From Dehalococcoidia bacterium (GTDB lineage: Bacteria > Chloroflexota > Dehalococcoidia > DSTF01 > JACRBR01), in NCBI GenBank assembly GCA_015478665.1, contig JADMII010000004.1:80586-144585 (forward strand): DNA of 64,000 nucleotides, in the 5' to 3' direction. Shown here piece by piece: positions 1 through 8,504 of this stretch. A program made the translations under genes and the position numbers. The stretch's first letter is position 1; the number at the start of each line of letters is the position of its first letter. The notes under the pieces were generated by a model. It made no database searches. It was not told the origin of the DNA and saw only the letters and a list, made by a program, of their open reading frames with translations.

Positions 1-28
1 GCTCGAGGCGCTCCCTTCGCGCGTCGGG

Positions 29-607
29 CTAGAACTGGCTCCGCTCGCGATAGATGTCCTCGCGCAGTTCGCCGGGCTCACGGCCATCATCGCCGCCGGC
101 GTCGGCGACGGCGGCGAGTGCGTGCTCGATCCTGGCGTCGCCGGGCACACGCCACTCCTGGGCGCGCGCGACCTCGCTGCGTCCTTCGACGCGCATGCCC
201 TGCTTGTAAACCATCTGGCCGCCATACCAGCCGGACACCATCAGGGCCGCGTTGCCGAGGGCGGACAGCATGAGATCGCCGGCGTCGACCCGGCGCTTGC
301 CCCGGCGCCGCATGAGCCCCAAGCTGGCGAGGCCGATGATGCCGACGTTGAGCGTCAGGTGGACGTTGGCGATGCGCTTCGTCGGCGAGCCGTCGGGGAT
401 GGCGAAGTAGTCGCCGAGCCCCGTCATGGCGGCCGAGAGCGCGCCGACGTAGCCGCCGAGCATCGAGTAGTACGCCGCTTCGGCGTAGCTGCGGCGGCGC
501 GTCGCCAGATAGCAGACGTCCAGCGCGAGGCTCATCGGCAGCAGGCCGAGGGGCGCGCTGACCATCTGCGGGTGCACGGGATGGCCGGCGAAGGTCAGCC
601 GCGGCAT
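29..607 (-). CDS. Integral membrane protein, DUF2231-like
   Basis: 192-aa ORF with several hydrophobic helices; a strong RBS (GGAGG) sits 6-8 nt upstream of the ATG; sits next to the SRPBCC/DUF378 gene. Confidence 0.5.
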   Translation of the reverse strand: MPRLTFAGHPVHPQMVSAPLGLLPMSLALDVCYLATRRRSYAEAAYYSMLGGYVGALSAAMTGLGDYFAIPDGSPTKRIANVHLTLNVGIIGLASLGLMRRRGKRRVDAGDLMLSALGNAALMVSGWYGGQMVYKQGMRVEGRSEVARAQEWRVPGDARIEHALAAVADAGGDDGREPGELREDIYRERSQF

Positions 608-653
608 AGGTGGCCTCCTTGTCTCGCAGTCCGACGGCCGGCGCAGTGCGAGC

Positions 654-1475
654 TTAGACGTAGCTCGCGCGGCGCTCGGACATCTCCGGCTGCGCCTTCA
701 TGCGCTCTTCCTCGTGGTGCTGCGCCTCCTTGCGGCGGCTCATCACCTCGATGCGTACGAGGCCGATAAACGTGTAGACGGCGGCGACGGCGATCGCGCC
801 GTAGATCACCTTCGCGGTCTTCGAGTCTTCATCGAACAACTCGTCGACGATGTCGTAGTCGAAGAGGCCTTCGAGGCCCCAGTTGATACCACCGGCCGTC
901 AGGAGGCCGGCCGAGATCCATTCGAGCGGATCGAGGCGCGGCATCGAGCGCATCTGGGGAATCTGGTTCTTCCCCTGCTCGAACTGCTGCTGTCCCTGTT
1001 CGCGGAAGTCCGGGTCGCGCATGCGTTCCTCCATTCGGCGCGCTGCGGTCGTGCCCATCGCGCCATGCGATTCGACGTACTGCTTGAAGCGCCGGAGGTC
1101 GCCCTCCGTCCGCCGTTCGAGGAGTCCGAGGCGTTCGGCGCTTGACTTCGTCGCGCCCTGCGGCTCGTAATCCAGCGCGAAGTAGACCCGCGTCCGGTCG
1201 CGGCCGAGCGGCTCCAGGACGACCTCGGCGTCGTGGCGCTCGCCGGATTCACTCGTCCAGGCGAGGCGCCGGTTGGTCGTCGTATCGGTGATGCGCGCGT
1301 CCCACTCCTCGTGCGCGCCGCCGAAGTCGGCCACCCAGCGGGTGCGATAGGGGCTGAGCTTGCGAACCTGGCGGACGCCCTCCATGAAGCGAGGGTAGTC
1401 CTCGTACGCGGTCCACGTGCGGAAGACCTCGGCGACCGGCGCTTCGACTTCGACGGACTTTTCGACGTGCGCCAT
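654..1475 (-). CDS. SRPBCC (polyketide cyclase/START-like) domain protein with C-terminal DUF378-like two-helix membrane domain
   Basis: Internal ATG (MAHVEKSVEVEAPVAEVF...) preceded by GGAGG; the N-terminus resembles SRPBCC ligand-binding proteins, and the C-terminus (GLLTAGGINWGLEGLF...IYGAIAVAAVYTFIGL) resembles DUF378. Confidence 0.6.
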   Translation of the reverse strand: MAHVEKSVEVEAPVAEVFRTWTAYEDYPRFMEGVRQVRKLSPYRTRWVADFGGAHEEWDARITDTTTNRRLAWTSESGERHDAEVVLEPLGRDRTRVYFALDYEPQGATKSSAERLGLLERRTEGDLRRFKQYVESHGAMGTTAARRMEERMRDPDFREQGQQQFEQGKNQIPQMRSMPRLDPLEWISAGLLTAGGINWGLEGLFDYDIVDELFDEDSKTAKVIYGAIAVAAVYTFIGLVRIEVMSRRKEAQHHEEERMKAQPEMSERRASYV

Positions 1476-1577
1476 GTGCCGGCCTCCAGCCTGCGTCGCC
1501 TGCTGGCAGTCTATCCGCGGCTGGAGACGGTGACCCCCACCCAGATGGATGATGCGCCGCGCCGTTGCGCGCATCGC

Positions 1578-2558
1578 TCAGAAGGCGCCGGTGTAGACGG
1601 CGCACGTGCGGCAGATCTCGGGAGGCGCCGGCGACTCGAGCCTGGGGCGGAAGTCTTCGTACGCGGCGCCGTCCCACACCTCGCTGAGCGTGCGGCCGTC
1701 GATGCGACCGAAGTTCGCGCGATCCGGCGTGGCGACCATGCAGCAGGGCATGGCGAAGCCATCGTAGCTGACGTAGGCGCCGGTCCAGGGCCAGTCGCAG
1801 CGCCGGTGCGTCGCGCGGCCGGGCGGCTGCGGCAGGCGCAGGGCGATGCCGCACGCATCGGCGATCCGCCGCGCTGCGTCGAAGGCGTCCGCGATGCGCG
1901 CCGGGTCTTCGTGGAGCAGCGTCTGCGCTTCGACGAACTCGCGCATCGGCCGGTAGTGCGCCGGCAGCGACGACTCCGCGAAGTCATGGCAGAGGTGCTG
2001 GACGAAGAGCACATCGGCGCCGCACATGGCGGCGAGCCGCACGAGCGCCGGCAGCTCGCCGAGGTTCTGGCGCATCACCACCATGATGACGTGCAGACGC
2101 GGCGTCGCGCGCGCAAGCGCGGACTTCGCGTCCGTTGAGGAGGCCGATGTTGCGGACGACGCGGTCGAAGTGGCCGCGCACGCGGACCGCTCGTAGGTCG
2201 CGGCCGTCGCGCCGTCGATCGAGACGTGCAGCTCGTCGAGGCCGCTGGTGACGCAGGCGGCGGCGCGTCGCGGCTTGAGGAGGGTGAGGTTGGAGTTGGT
2301 GGTGACGCGGGCGCCGCGCCCCGCAGCGTAGGCCACCAGATCGAAGAAGCGCGGGTGCATCATCGGCTCGCCGAGCCCCTGCAGGTGCAGGTGTTCGAGG
2401 GCGCTGTTCTCGTCGATCAAGCGGGTGTAGGTTTCGAAGCGCATGAAGGCCGGTTCCCCGTACGGCGGGCCGTCGCGACGGAACTGGATGGGGCACATCT
2501 GGCAGCGGAGGTTGCACTGGCCGACGGGCTCGATCTGGAGGTAGGGGGGAAGCGGCAT
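1578..2558 (-). CDS. Radical SAM protein with C-terminal SPASM/twitch Cys cluster
   Basis: CxxxCxxC motif (CNLRCQMC) near the N-terminus; C-terminal Cys-rich region (CDWPW...GFAMPCC...CRTCAVY); the start is the internal ATG (MPLPPYLQIEP), and the track ORF extends to 2585. Confidence 0.8.
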   Translation of the reverse strand: MPLPPYLQIEPVGQCNLRCQMCPIQFRRDGPPYGEPAFMRFETYTRLIDENSALEHLHLQGLGEPMMHPRFFDLVAYAAGRGARVTTNSNLTLLKPRRAAACVTSGLDELHVSIDGATAATYERSACAATSTASSATSASSTDAKSALARATPRLHVIMVVMRQNLGELPALVRLAAMCGADVLFVQHLCHDFAESSLPAHYRPMREFVEAQTLLHEDPARIADAFDAARRIADACGIALRLPQPPGRATHRRCDWPWTGAYVSYDGFAMPCCMVATPDRANFGRIDGRTLSEVWDGAAYEDFRPRLESPAPPEICRTCAVYTGAF

Positions 2559-2634
2559 CGCTGCGACTGCTCCTGCGGCGTGCACCGGGATCGCATTCGG
2601 GCCGGCGCGCGACGTCCGCCTGCCCGGGCGCCGG

Positions 2635-3699
2635 CTACAGGAACAGCACGCGGTACTTCCAGGCGCCGCGCAGCCGCCACCAGATCGATAGCGGCGGGAT
2701 CAGCGCCGACGTGACGACCATCTCGGCGACATGCGACGGGCGCCGCGAGGTCGCGCGCAGGCGCTCGGCGGCGAACTCCAGCGTCAGGCACGCCCAGGCG
2801 GCGGCGCCGCCCGCCGCAGCGACGCGCCGGCCGCGCAGGAGCGCCACGGCCGCGCACGCCGCGGCGGCGACGGCGGCGTAGTAGCGCAGCGGCGGCCGCG
2901 CCTGCACGTGCTCGCGGTAGAGGCGCGGATGCTTCCGATAGAGCAGCGCATTGTCCGCGCTCTTGCGCTGCTCGCGCAGGCTGACTCCCCACGGCGTCGC
3001 CGGGCGCGCCGGGTGCAGGACGACGGCGCCCGGCGCGCGCTCGAAGCGGTGGCCGCGCTCGATCAGGGTGAAGTAGAGGTCGGAGTCCTCGCGCCAGGGC
3101 AGGCGGAAGCGCTCGTCGAAGCCGCCGGCCTCGACGAGCGCGCTGCGGCGATAGAAGCAGTTCGCCGTGACGAATCGCGAGCGCTCGAGGCCGGCGAGCG
3201 TGCGCTGCGCATCGGTCGGCGCCGGCGGCAGCGGCACGATGACGCGGCCATCGACGCCAGAGACGCCGGCGCCGAGCGCCTCCAGTCCGGCGCGCAACCA
3301 GCCGGGCAGCGGCAGGCAGTCGTCGTCGGTGAAGGCAACGACCGGCGCCCGCGCGGCGCGCCAGCCGGCGTTGCGGGCGGCGGCGGGGCCGTGCGCGCGC
3401 GTCATCGGGATGTATGTCAGCTGCGGCGCCAAGTCGGCCGAAGTCGCCCGCGGCGGCACCGCCTGCGGGCCGCCGCGGCCGTGCGCGGGCGCGCGGACGA
3501 GGCCGATCGGCGCCGGCGCTTCGACCGGTGCGGCCAGCCGGCGGACGAGCGCGCGCGTCTCTGCCGACGGCTCGTCATCGACGACGATCAGCTCGTACGC
3601 CCCGGCGCCGAGCTCTTGGGCGAGCACGGCGCGCAGGCAGCGCGCGAGCGCATCGGGGCGGCGGTACGTGGGGATGACGACGGAGACGCGCGGGTTCAT
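2635..3699 (-). CDS. Glycosyltransferase family 2
   Basis: N-terminal VSVVIPTYRRP...LIVVDD GT2 signature; its start overlaps the stop of the upstream carbamoyltransferase by 4 nt. Confidence 0.8.
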   Translation of the reverse strand: MNPRVSVVIPTYRRPDALARCLRAVLAQELGAGAYELIVVDDEPSAETRALVRRLAAPVEAPAPIGLVRAPAHGRGGPQAVPPRATSADLAPQLTYIPMTRAHGPAAARNAGWRAARAPVVAFTDDDCLPLPGWLRAGLEALGAGVSGVDGRVIVPLPPAPTDAQRTLAGLERSRFVTANCFYRRSALVEAGGFDERFRLPWREDSDLYFTLIERGHRFERAPGAVVLHPARPATPWGVSLREQRKSADNALLYRKHPRLYREHVQARPPLRYYAAVAAAACAAVALLRGRRVAAAGGAAAWACLTLEFAAERLRATSRRPSHVAEMVVTSALIPPLSIWWRLRGAWKYRVLFL

Positions 3700-5420
3700 G
3701 CGGCCGCCGGCTTTTCGAGCAGGAATGGGCCGATGGCGAGCGCATCGAGCGGCGAGGCGCAGTAGCAGGTGAGCGCCTGGCGCGGCGTGCAGACGATCGG
3801 CTCGCCGCGCGTGTTGAACGAGGTGTTGATGAGCACCGGGACGCCGGTCCGCCGCTCGAACGCCCGGAGCAGGCGGCCGAAGAGCGCCTGCTCGGCGGCG
3901 CGCACCGTCTGCACGCGCGCCGTGCCATCGACGTGCCGGACGGCGGGGATCTGCGCCGCTCGCTCGGCCCGCACGCGATGGGTGAAGAGCATGAAGGGCG
4001 ACGCGTGCGCCGGCGTGAACCAGTCCGCCGCGCGGTCTTCAAGCACGACGGGCGCGACGGGCCGGAAGTCCTCGCGGTCCTTGATCGCGTTCAATCGCTC
4101 CTGCATGGCGGCGTCGCGCGGCGACGCGAGGATCGAGCGGCCGCCGAGGGCGCGCGGACCGAACTCCATGCGGCCCTGGAACCAGCCGACGATCTTGCCT
4201 TCGTCGAGCAGGCGCGCGGTCTCGCAGGCGATGTCGGCCGGACGGCGGTAGGAGAGCTTCGACGAGCGGAGCAGCGTTTCGATCTCCGCGTCGGCGTAGG
4301 ACGGGCCGAGGAATGCGTGTGTCATCGGCGCCGGACGCGTCCCGCGGAGGCGCGCGTCGAGCGACAGCGCCGCGCCGAGCGCCGTGCCGGCGTCGCCCGC
4401 CGCCGGCTGCACCCAGATCTCGTCGAACGGGCCGTCGTCGCGGATGCGGGCGTTGAGCACGCAGTTGAGCGCGACGCCGCCGGCGATGCAGAGATGCCGC
4501 TCGCCGCTGGCCTCGTGGAGCCAGTGCACGATCTCGATCACCGTCTCTTCGAGCCGCGCCTGCAGCGAGCGCGCCACGTCGTAGTGGCGCTGCTCGATGG
4601 GGCCGCCGCGAGCCCGTCGCGGGCCGAAGCGGCGTTCGAGGCAGAGCGGCGCGATGGCGTACTGGCCGTCGCAGCCGACCCGGACCAGCGAGCGGAATTC
4701 GTCGAGATAGGTGGGTTCGCCGAAGGAGGCGAGCGCCATCACCTTGTACTCGTCGGAGGAATGCAGGAAGCCCAGGTACTCCGTCACCCGCTCGTAGAGG
4801 AGGCCGAGCGAGTGCGGCATCGTCACCTGGCCGATGCGGTCGATGTCGGCGCCGTGGCCGATGGCGTAGGTCGTCGCGCGCTCGCCGCGACCATCGAGCG
4901 TGAGCACGACGGCGCGCTCGAAGGGCGAGGCGAGGAAGGCGCTGGCGGCATGCGCGGTGTGATGCTCGACGAAGTGCCAGCGGTAGCTGTCGTCGTGGCC
5001 GGCGAAGCGCGCTCTGAGGTGATGCGGCACGCCGCCCGCGAGGTGGCGCGGCGCGTTGACGATCGACGAGAGGAAGAGCGGATCCCAGGCGGCCTCCCAC
5101 TCGTCGGCAACGGGCTGCGCGCTCGGCTCCAACGGCAGCGTGATGGTGTCCACGCCGGCATGGCAGCCGAGCAGGAGGTGCGGGTCGAAGGAATAGCCGA
5201 CGTGGTCGACGTCGCCAAGCACGGCGCCGGCTTCGGCGAGACAGGCGTCGATCGCCTGGAAGGGAAGTTCGTACGCCGAGAATGGCGTCGGCCGCTTGGC
5301 GTGCTTGATGCCTGTCAGCCGCTCCTCCTCGACGGCGGCGACGATGCGGCCGTCGTCCACCAGGCAGGCGGCGGAGTCGTGGAAGGCGGCGTTGATGCCG
5401 AGGGTGAGCAACTCCTTCAC
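3696..5420 (-). CDS. Carbamoyltransferase, NodU/CmcH family
   Basis: 574 aa; the N-terminus (ILGINAAFHDSAACLV) and overall architecture are typical of NodU/CmcH O-carbamoyltransferases; GTG start. Confidence 0.85.
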   Translation of the reverse strand: MKELLTLGINAAFHDSAACLVDDGRIVAAVEEERLTGIKHAKRPTPFSAYELPFQAIDACLAEAGAVLGDVDHVGYSFDPHLLLGCHAGVDTITLPLEPSAQPVADEWEAAWDPLFLSSIVNAPRHLAGGVPHHLRARFAGHDDSYRWHFVEHHTAHAASAFLASPFERAVVLTLDGRGERATTYAIGHGADIDRIGQVTMPHSLGLLYERVTEYLGFLHSSDEYKVMALASFGEPTYLDEFRSLVRVGCDGQYAIAPLCLERRFGPRRARGGPIEQRHYDVARSLQARLEETVIEIVHWLHEASGERHLCIAGGVALNCVLNARIRDDGPFDEIWVQPAAGDAGTALGAALSLDARLRGTRPAPMTHAFLGPSYADAEIETLLRSSKLSYRRPADIACETARLLDEGKIVGWFQGRMEFGPRALGGRSILASPRDAAMQERLNAIKDREDFRPVAPVVLEDRAADWFTPAHASPFMLFTHRVRAERAAQIPAVRHVDGTARVQTVRAAEQALFGRLLRAFERRTGVPVLINTSFNTRGEPIVCTPRQALTCYCASPLDALAIGPFLLEKPAAA

Positions 5421-5442
5421 CTCCCCGCATACGTGCGCACGC

Positions 5443-5456
5443 GCACAGGCCTGTGC
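5443..5456. promoter_or_regulatory. Perfect 14-bp palindrome GCACAGGCCTGTGC (candidate operator) upstream of the carbamoyltransferase operon, with a repeated half-site GGCCTGTGCGG near 5562-5572
   Basis: Read directly from the sequence; it lies 23-36 nt upstream of the GTG start at 5420 on the minus strand; a short CGTGCGCACG palindrome sits alongside. Confidence 0.4.
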
Positions 5457-5572
5457 GGCGGCGCCGGGGCGAGCATACGCGAGGCCTGCTCAAGCAGCGC
5501 TCAAGACGCGACGGCTCTACGTCGCAACGCGCTTGCGATCGGAGGCGGACAGACGCGAATCGGCCTGTGCGG

Positions 5573-6769
5573 TTACGGGATCGCGAGCATGCGGTCGAGC
5601 GCGAGGCGGGCGTCGCGGGCGACGTCTTCGGGGACGCTGATCCGGTTGACGACGCGCCCTTCGACGAGCGATTCGAGCGTCCAGGCGAGGTAGGCCGGGT
5701 GGACGCGGTACATCGTCGAGCAGGGGCAGACGACGGGGTCGAGGCAGAAGACGCGCTTGTCCGGATGCTCCTTCGCGAGCCGGCTCACGAGGTTGATCTC
5801 GGTGCCGACAGCGATCGTGGCGCCCGCCGGCGCTTCGGCGACGGTGCGCGCGATGAACTCGGTCGAGCCGCTGAGGTCCGCCGCCTGCACGGTCTCGAGC
5901 CGGCACTCGGGGTGGACGACGACGATCGCGTCGGGGTAGCGCCGTCGCGCGTCGGCGACCTGCCCGGGCGTGAAGCGCTGGTGCACGGAGCAGTGGCCGG
6001 CCCAGAGCAGGATGCGGCTGCGCGCGAGCGCCTCGAGCGTCTGGCCGCCCATCGACCCGTAGGGGCGCGCCCAGCCCCAGAGCACCATCTCGTCGAGCGG
6101 CACGCCGAGGGCGGCGCCGGTGTTGCGGCCGAGGTGCTGGTCGGGGAAGAAGAACACGCGCTTCTTCCGGGTGAAGGCCCATGCGAGGACGCTGCGGGCG
6201 TTGCTGGACGTGCAGACGGCGCCGCCGTGGGCGCCGACGAAGGCCTTCAGCGCGGCGGCGGAGTTGATGTACGTGATGGGGACGATGTCGTCGGCGAGGC
6301 CGAGCTCATCGAGTTCGGTCCAGGCGTTGTAGACGTCGTCGGGATCGGCCATGTCGGACATCGAGCAGCCGGCGGCCATATTGGGAAGGATCACCTTCTG
6401 CTTCGGCGCGCTGAGGATGTCCGCGGCTTCGGCCATGAAGTGGACGCCGCAGAAGACGATGTACTCCGACTGCGGATGGTCGGCGGCCCAGCGGGCGAGC
6501 TTGAAGCTGTCGCCGCGCTCGTCGGCGAAGGCGATGACGTCCTCACGTTGGTAGTGGTGACCGAGGACGATGGCGCGCGTCCCCAGCGTCCGCCGGGCGG
6601 CGCCGATGCGGGCAGTGAGCTCGTCGGCGGAGAGCTGCCAGTAGGCGGCGGGGATATCCTGCTGCCAGTAGGCGAACGACCGCTCGTCGGCCAGCGGGAC
6701 GGTCGCGATCGTGTCGCTCTCGCAGGCGATGCCGGCGGCGCGGGTGGAGTCGATCGGTGTCGTGACCAT
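5573..6769 (-). CDS. nadA: Quinolinate synthase
   Basis: 398 aa with conserved NadA motifs (VLGHHYQ, FCGVHFMAE, PDQHLG, HPEC) and the three Fe-S cysteines. Confidence 0.9.
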   Translation of the reverse strand: MVTTPIDSTRAAGIACESDTIATVPLADERSFAYWQQDIPAAYWQLSADELTARIGAARRTLGTRAIVLGHHYQREDVIAFADERGDSFKLARWAADHPQSEYIVFCGVHFMAEAADILSAPKQKVILPNMAAGCSMSDMADPDDVYNAWTELDELGLADDIVPITYINSAAALKAFVGAHGGAVCTSSNARSVLAWAFTRKKRVFFFPDQHLGRNTGAALGVPLDEMVLWGWARPYGSMGGQTLEALARSRILLWAGHCSVHQRFTPGQVADARRRYPDAIVVVHPECRLETVQAADLSGSTEFIARTVAEAPAGATIAVGTEINLVSRLAKEHPDKRVFCLDPVVCPCSTMYRVHPAYLAWTLESLVEGRVVNRISVPEDVARDARLALDRMLAIP

Positions 6770-6873
6770 GCGGGGCGAGTCCTCCCGGCGGCGTGTTCCG
6801 AGTTCGTGTCATATCGACACTAACTCTGTCTTCACGCTACCACGGGCTCCCGGGCAGGTCAACCGGGCGTTCG

Positions 6874-7572
6874 TTAGAGGCGGTCGACGATGGTGGCACG
6901 CTTCACCGCGTACTCCTCATCGGTGATCAGGCCGCGCGACTTGAGGTCCTCGAGGCGGCGCAGGGCTTCGGCCGGCGAGTCGCCCGGAGGCATCGCCGCG
7001 GGAGTGGACCGCGCGGGCTCGGCAGTCGCCGGGAACGAGACGGGTGGCGCGAACGCCGGTGGCGGCGTGTAGCCGGCGGGAAGTTCGCCGACGGACCCCC
7101 GCAGCACGATGTGCTCCGAACCTTGCGCGCGCACGACGACCGTGGCGGCCATCTTGTCATGCAGCGTCTGCGCGTTTTGGTCCCAGAGCAGCCAGAGGTC
7201 ATCGAGGTAGAGGGGGATCAAGCCGCCGACGAAGGTGAGCAGCCCGCGGACGAACATCCAGCCGGTGCTCACCGCGCGGCCGTCGGCGCGGATCACGCGC
7301 AGGCCGACGACGGCCTTCCCGGGGTTCTGGCCGCGCGGCGCGACGATGAACCACCAGATGATCCAGCCGATGCCCAGCGTGAGCACGATGAGAATGGCAT
7401 TGACGATCGACGCGCCGAGGCGCGAGATGCGGCTGGCCATGACGGTCGTGCCCTGCGGGTCGAGGATGAAGACGCCATCGTACGGGCAGAAGAGGCCCGG
7501 CTGGAGAGGGCGGCCACAGGCGCGACAGACGTTCGTGGCGGCAGGAGCGAGAGTGGCCATTGTGACCTCCAA
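6874..7572 (-). CDS. RDD-family membrane protein with N-terminal zinc ribbon and C-terminal SHOCT domain
   Basis: N-terminal CRACGRPL...CPYDG ribbon, RDD-like TM core, and C-terminal EALRRLEDLKSRGLITDEEYAVKRATIVDRL, a typical SHOCT sequence. Confidence 0.65.
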   Translation of the reverse strand: MEVTMATLAPAATNVCRACGRPLQPGLFCPYDGVFILDPQGTTVMASRISRLGASIVNAILIVLTLGIGWIIWWFIVAPRGQNPGKAVVGLRVIRADGRAVSTGWMFVRGLLTFVGGLIPLYLDDLWLLWDQNAQTLHDKMAATVVVRAQGSEHIVLRGSVGELPAGYTPPPAFAPPVSFPATAEPARSTPAAMPPGDSPAEALRRLEDLKSRGLITDEEYAVKRATIVDRL

Positions 7573-7697
7573 GCGTGGTAGGCCGATTGTAGTGCGGTTA
7601 TGCGCATGAATGCAACGGTCACGGTGAATCGATGCGCACCGGGCGCGGAAATCCGGTCACAATCCGACCAACGAACGCGGCTGCGACCGCGGGGGAC

Positions 7698-8504
7698 TTA
7701 GGCCAGGAAGCTGAAGAAGCGCTCGCGGCTGATGAGCCGCCGCAGGCCGAGCGCGATGCCGAGCCCGAGGAGTGCGACGAAGCCGCCGGCGGCGGCATCG
7801 AGGAAGTAGTGATTCGCCGTCATGACGATCCCGCTCAACATCACCAGCGGCATCAGCACCGCGACGAGTTTCAGCCCGCGCAGGCGGGTCTGCGTGCCAA
7901 TGGCGATGGCGGCCAGAAGGTCCCAGCCGAAGTGCAGGCTCGGCATCGCCGCGTACTGGTTGACGATCTTCGGGTTCTGGAACGCATAGTACGACTGCGC
8001 GTTGATGATCGTGTTGGTGAAGCCAAACTCCGGCATGTAGCGCGGCGGCGCCAGCGGCACGAAGGCGAACCCCAGCAGCGCGATCAGCCCGGAGATCAGA
8101 AACGCATTCCTGAAGATCGCGTAGTTCCCGCGATGTCGCGTGTACAGCCAGATCGCGACGGCGATGATCACCGGCAGATGACCCCAGATGTAGATGTAGT
8201 TGAAGAAGTCCACCATCCAGGCCTTCGGCAGGATCAGTTGCTGCAGGAAGGCCTCGTGGAAGATATGCAGGCGCTGCTCGACACGAATCAACTGGGAGGC
8301 GTTGTCGAATGCGACGCCCGCCTTGCCGTGGACGGCGCCGCGTACGAACTGGTATGAGGTGTACGCGGGCACCAGGAAGAGGAGCTCGGCGATGTGGCGC
8401 CAGTTCTTCTCGAAGAATGCTTGCAGCCGGTTCTGGCGGGCGGCGGCTACCGCGGCACGTGAGGACATGTCCCGCCCAGTATACTCCATCTGCCCTCGCG
8501 TCAA
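7698..8504 (-). CDS. PAP2-superfamily membrane phosphatase/transferase (Aur1/IPC-synthase-like)
   Basis: Multi-TM protein with PAP2 motifs (PSLHFGW and ANHYFLD). Confidence 0.6.
   Translation of the reverse strand: MTRGQMEYTGRDMSSRAAVAAARQNRLQAFFEKNWRHIAELLFLVPAYTSYQFVRGAVHGKAGVAFDNASQLIRVEQRLHIFHEAFLQQLILPKAWMVDFFNYIYIWGHLPVIIAVAIWLYTRHRGNYAIFRNAFLISGLIALLGFAFVPLAPPRYMPEFGFTNTIINAQSYYAFQNPKIVNQYAAMPSLHFGWDLLAAIAIGTQTRLRGLKLVAVLMPLVMLSGIVMTANHYFLDAAAGGFVALLGLGIALGLRRLISRERFFSFLA

Noticed and set aside
3933-5693. 586-aa plus-strand ORF and a 484-aa minus-strand alternative-frame ORF (4039-5493) overlapping the carbamoyltransferase gene
   Set aside because: Arg/Ala/Gly-rich low-complexity translations typical of antisense or off-frame reading of 70% GC DNA; no motifs; the carbamoyltransferase frame has clear family signatures
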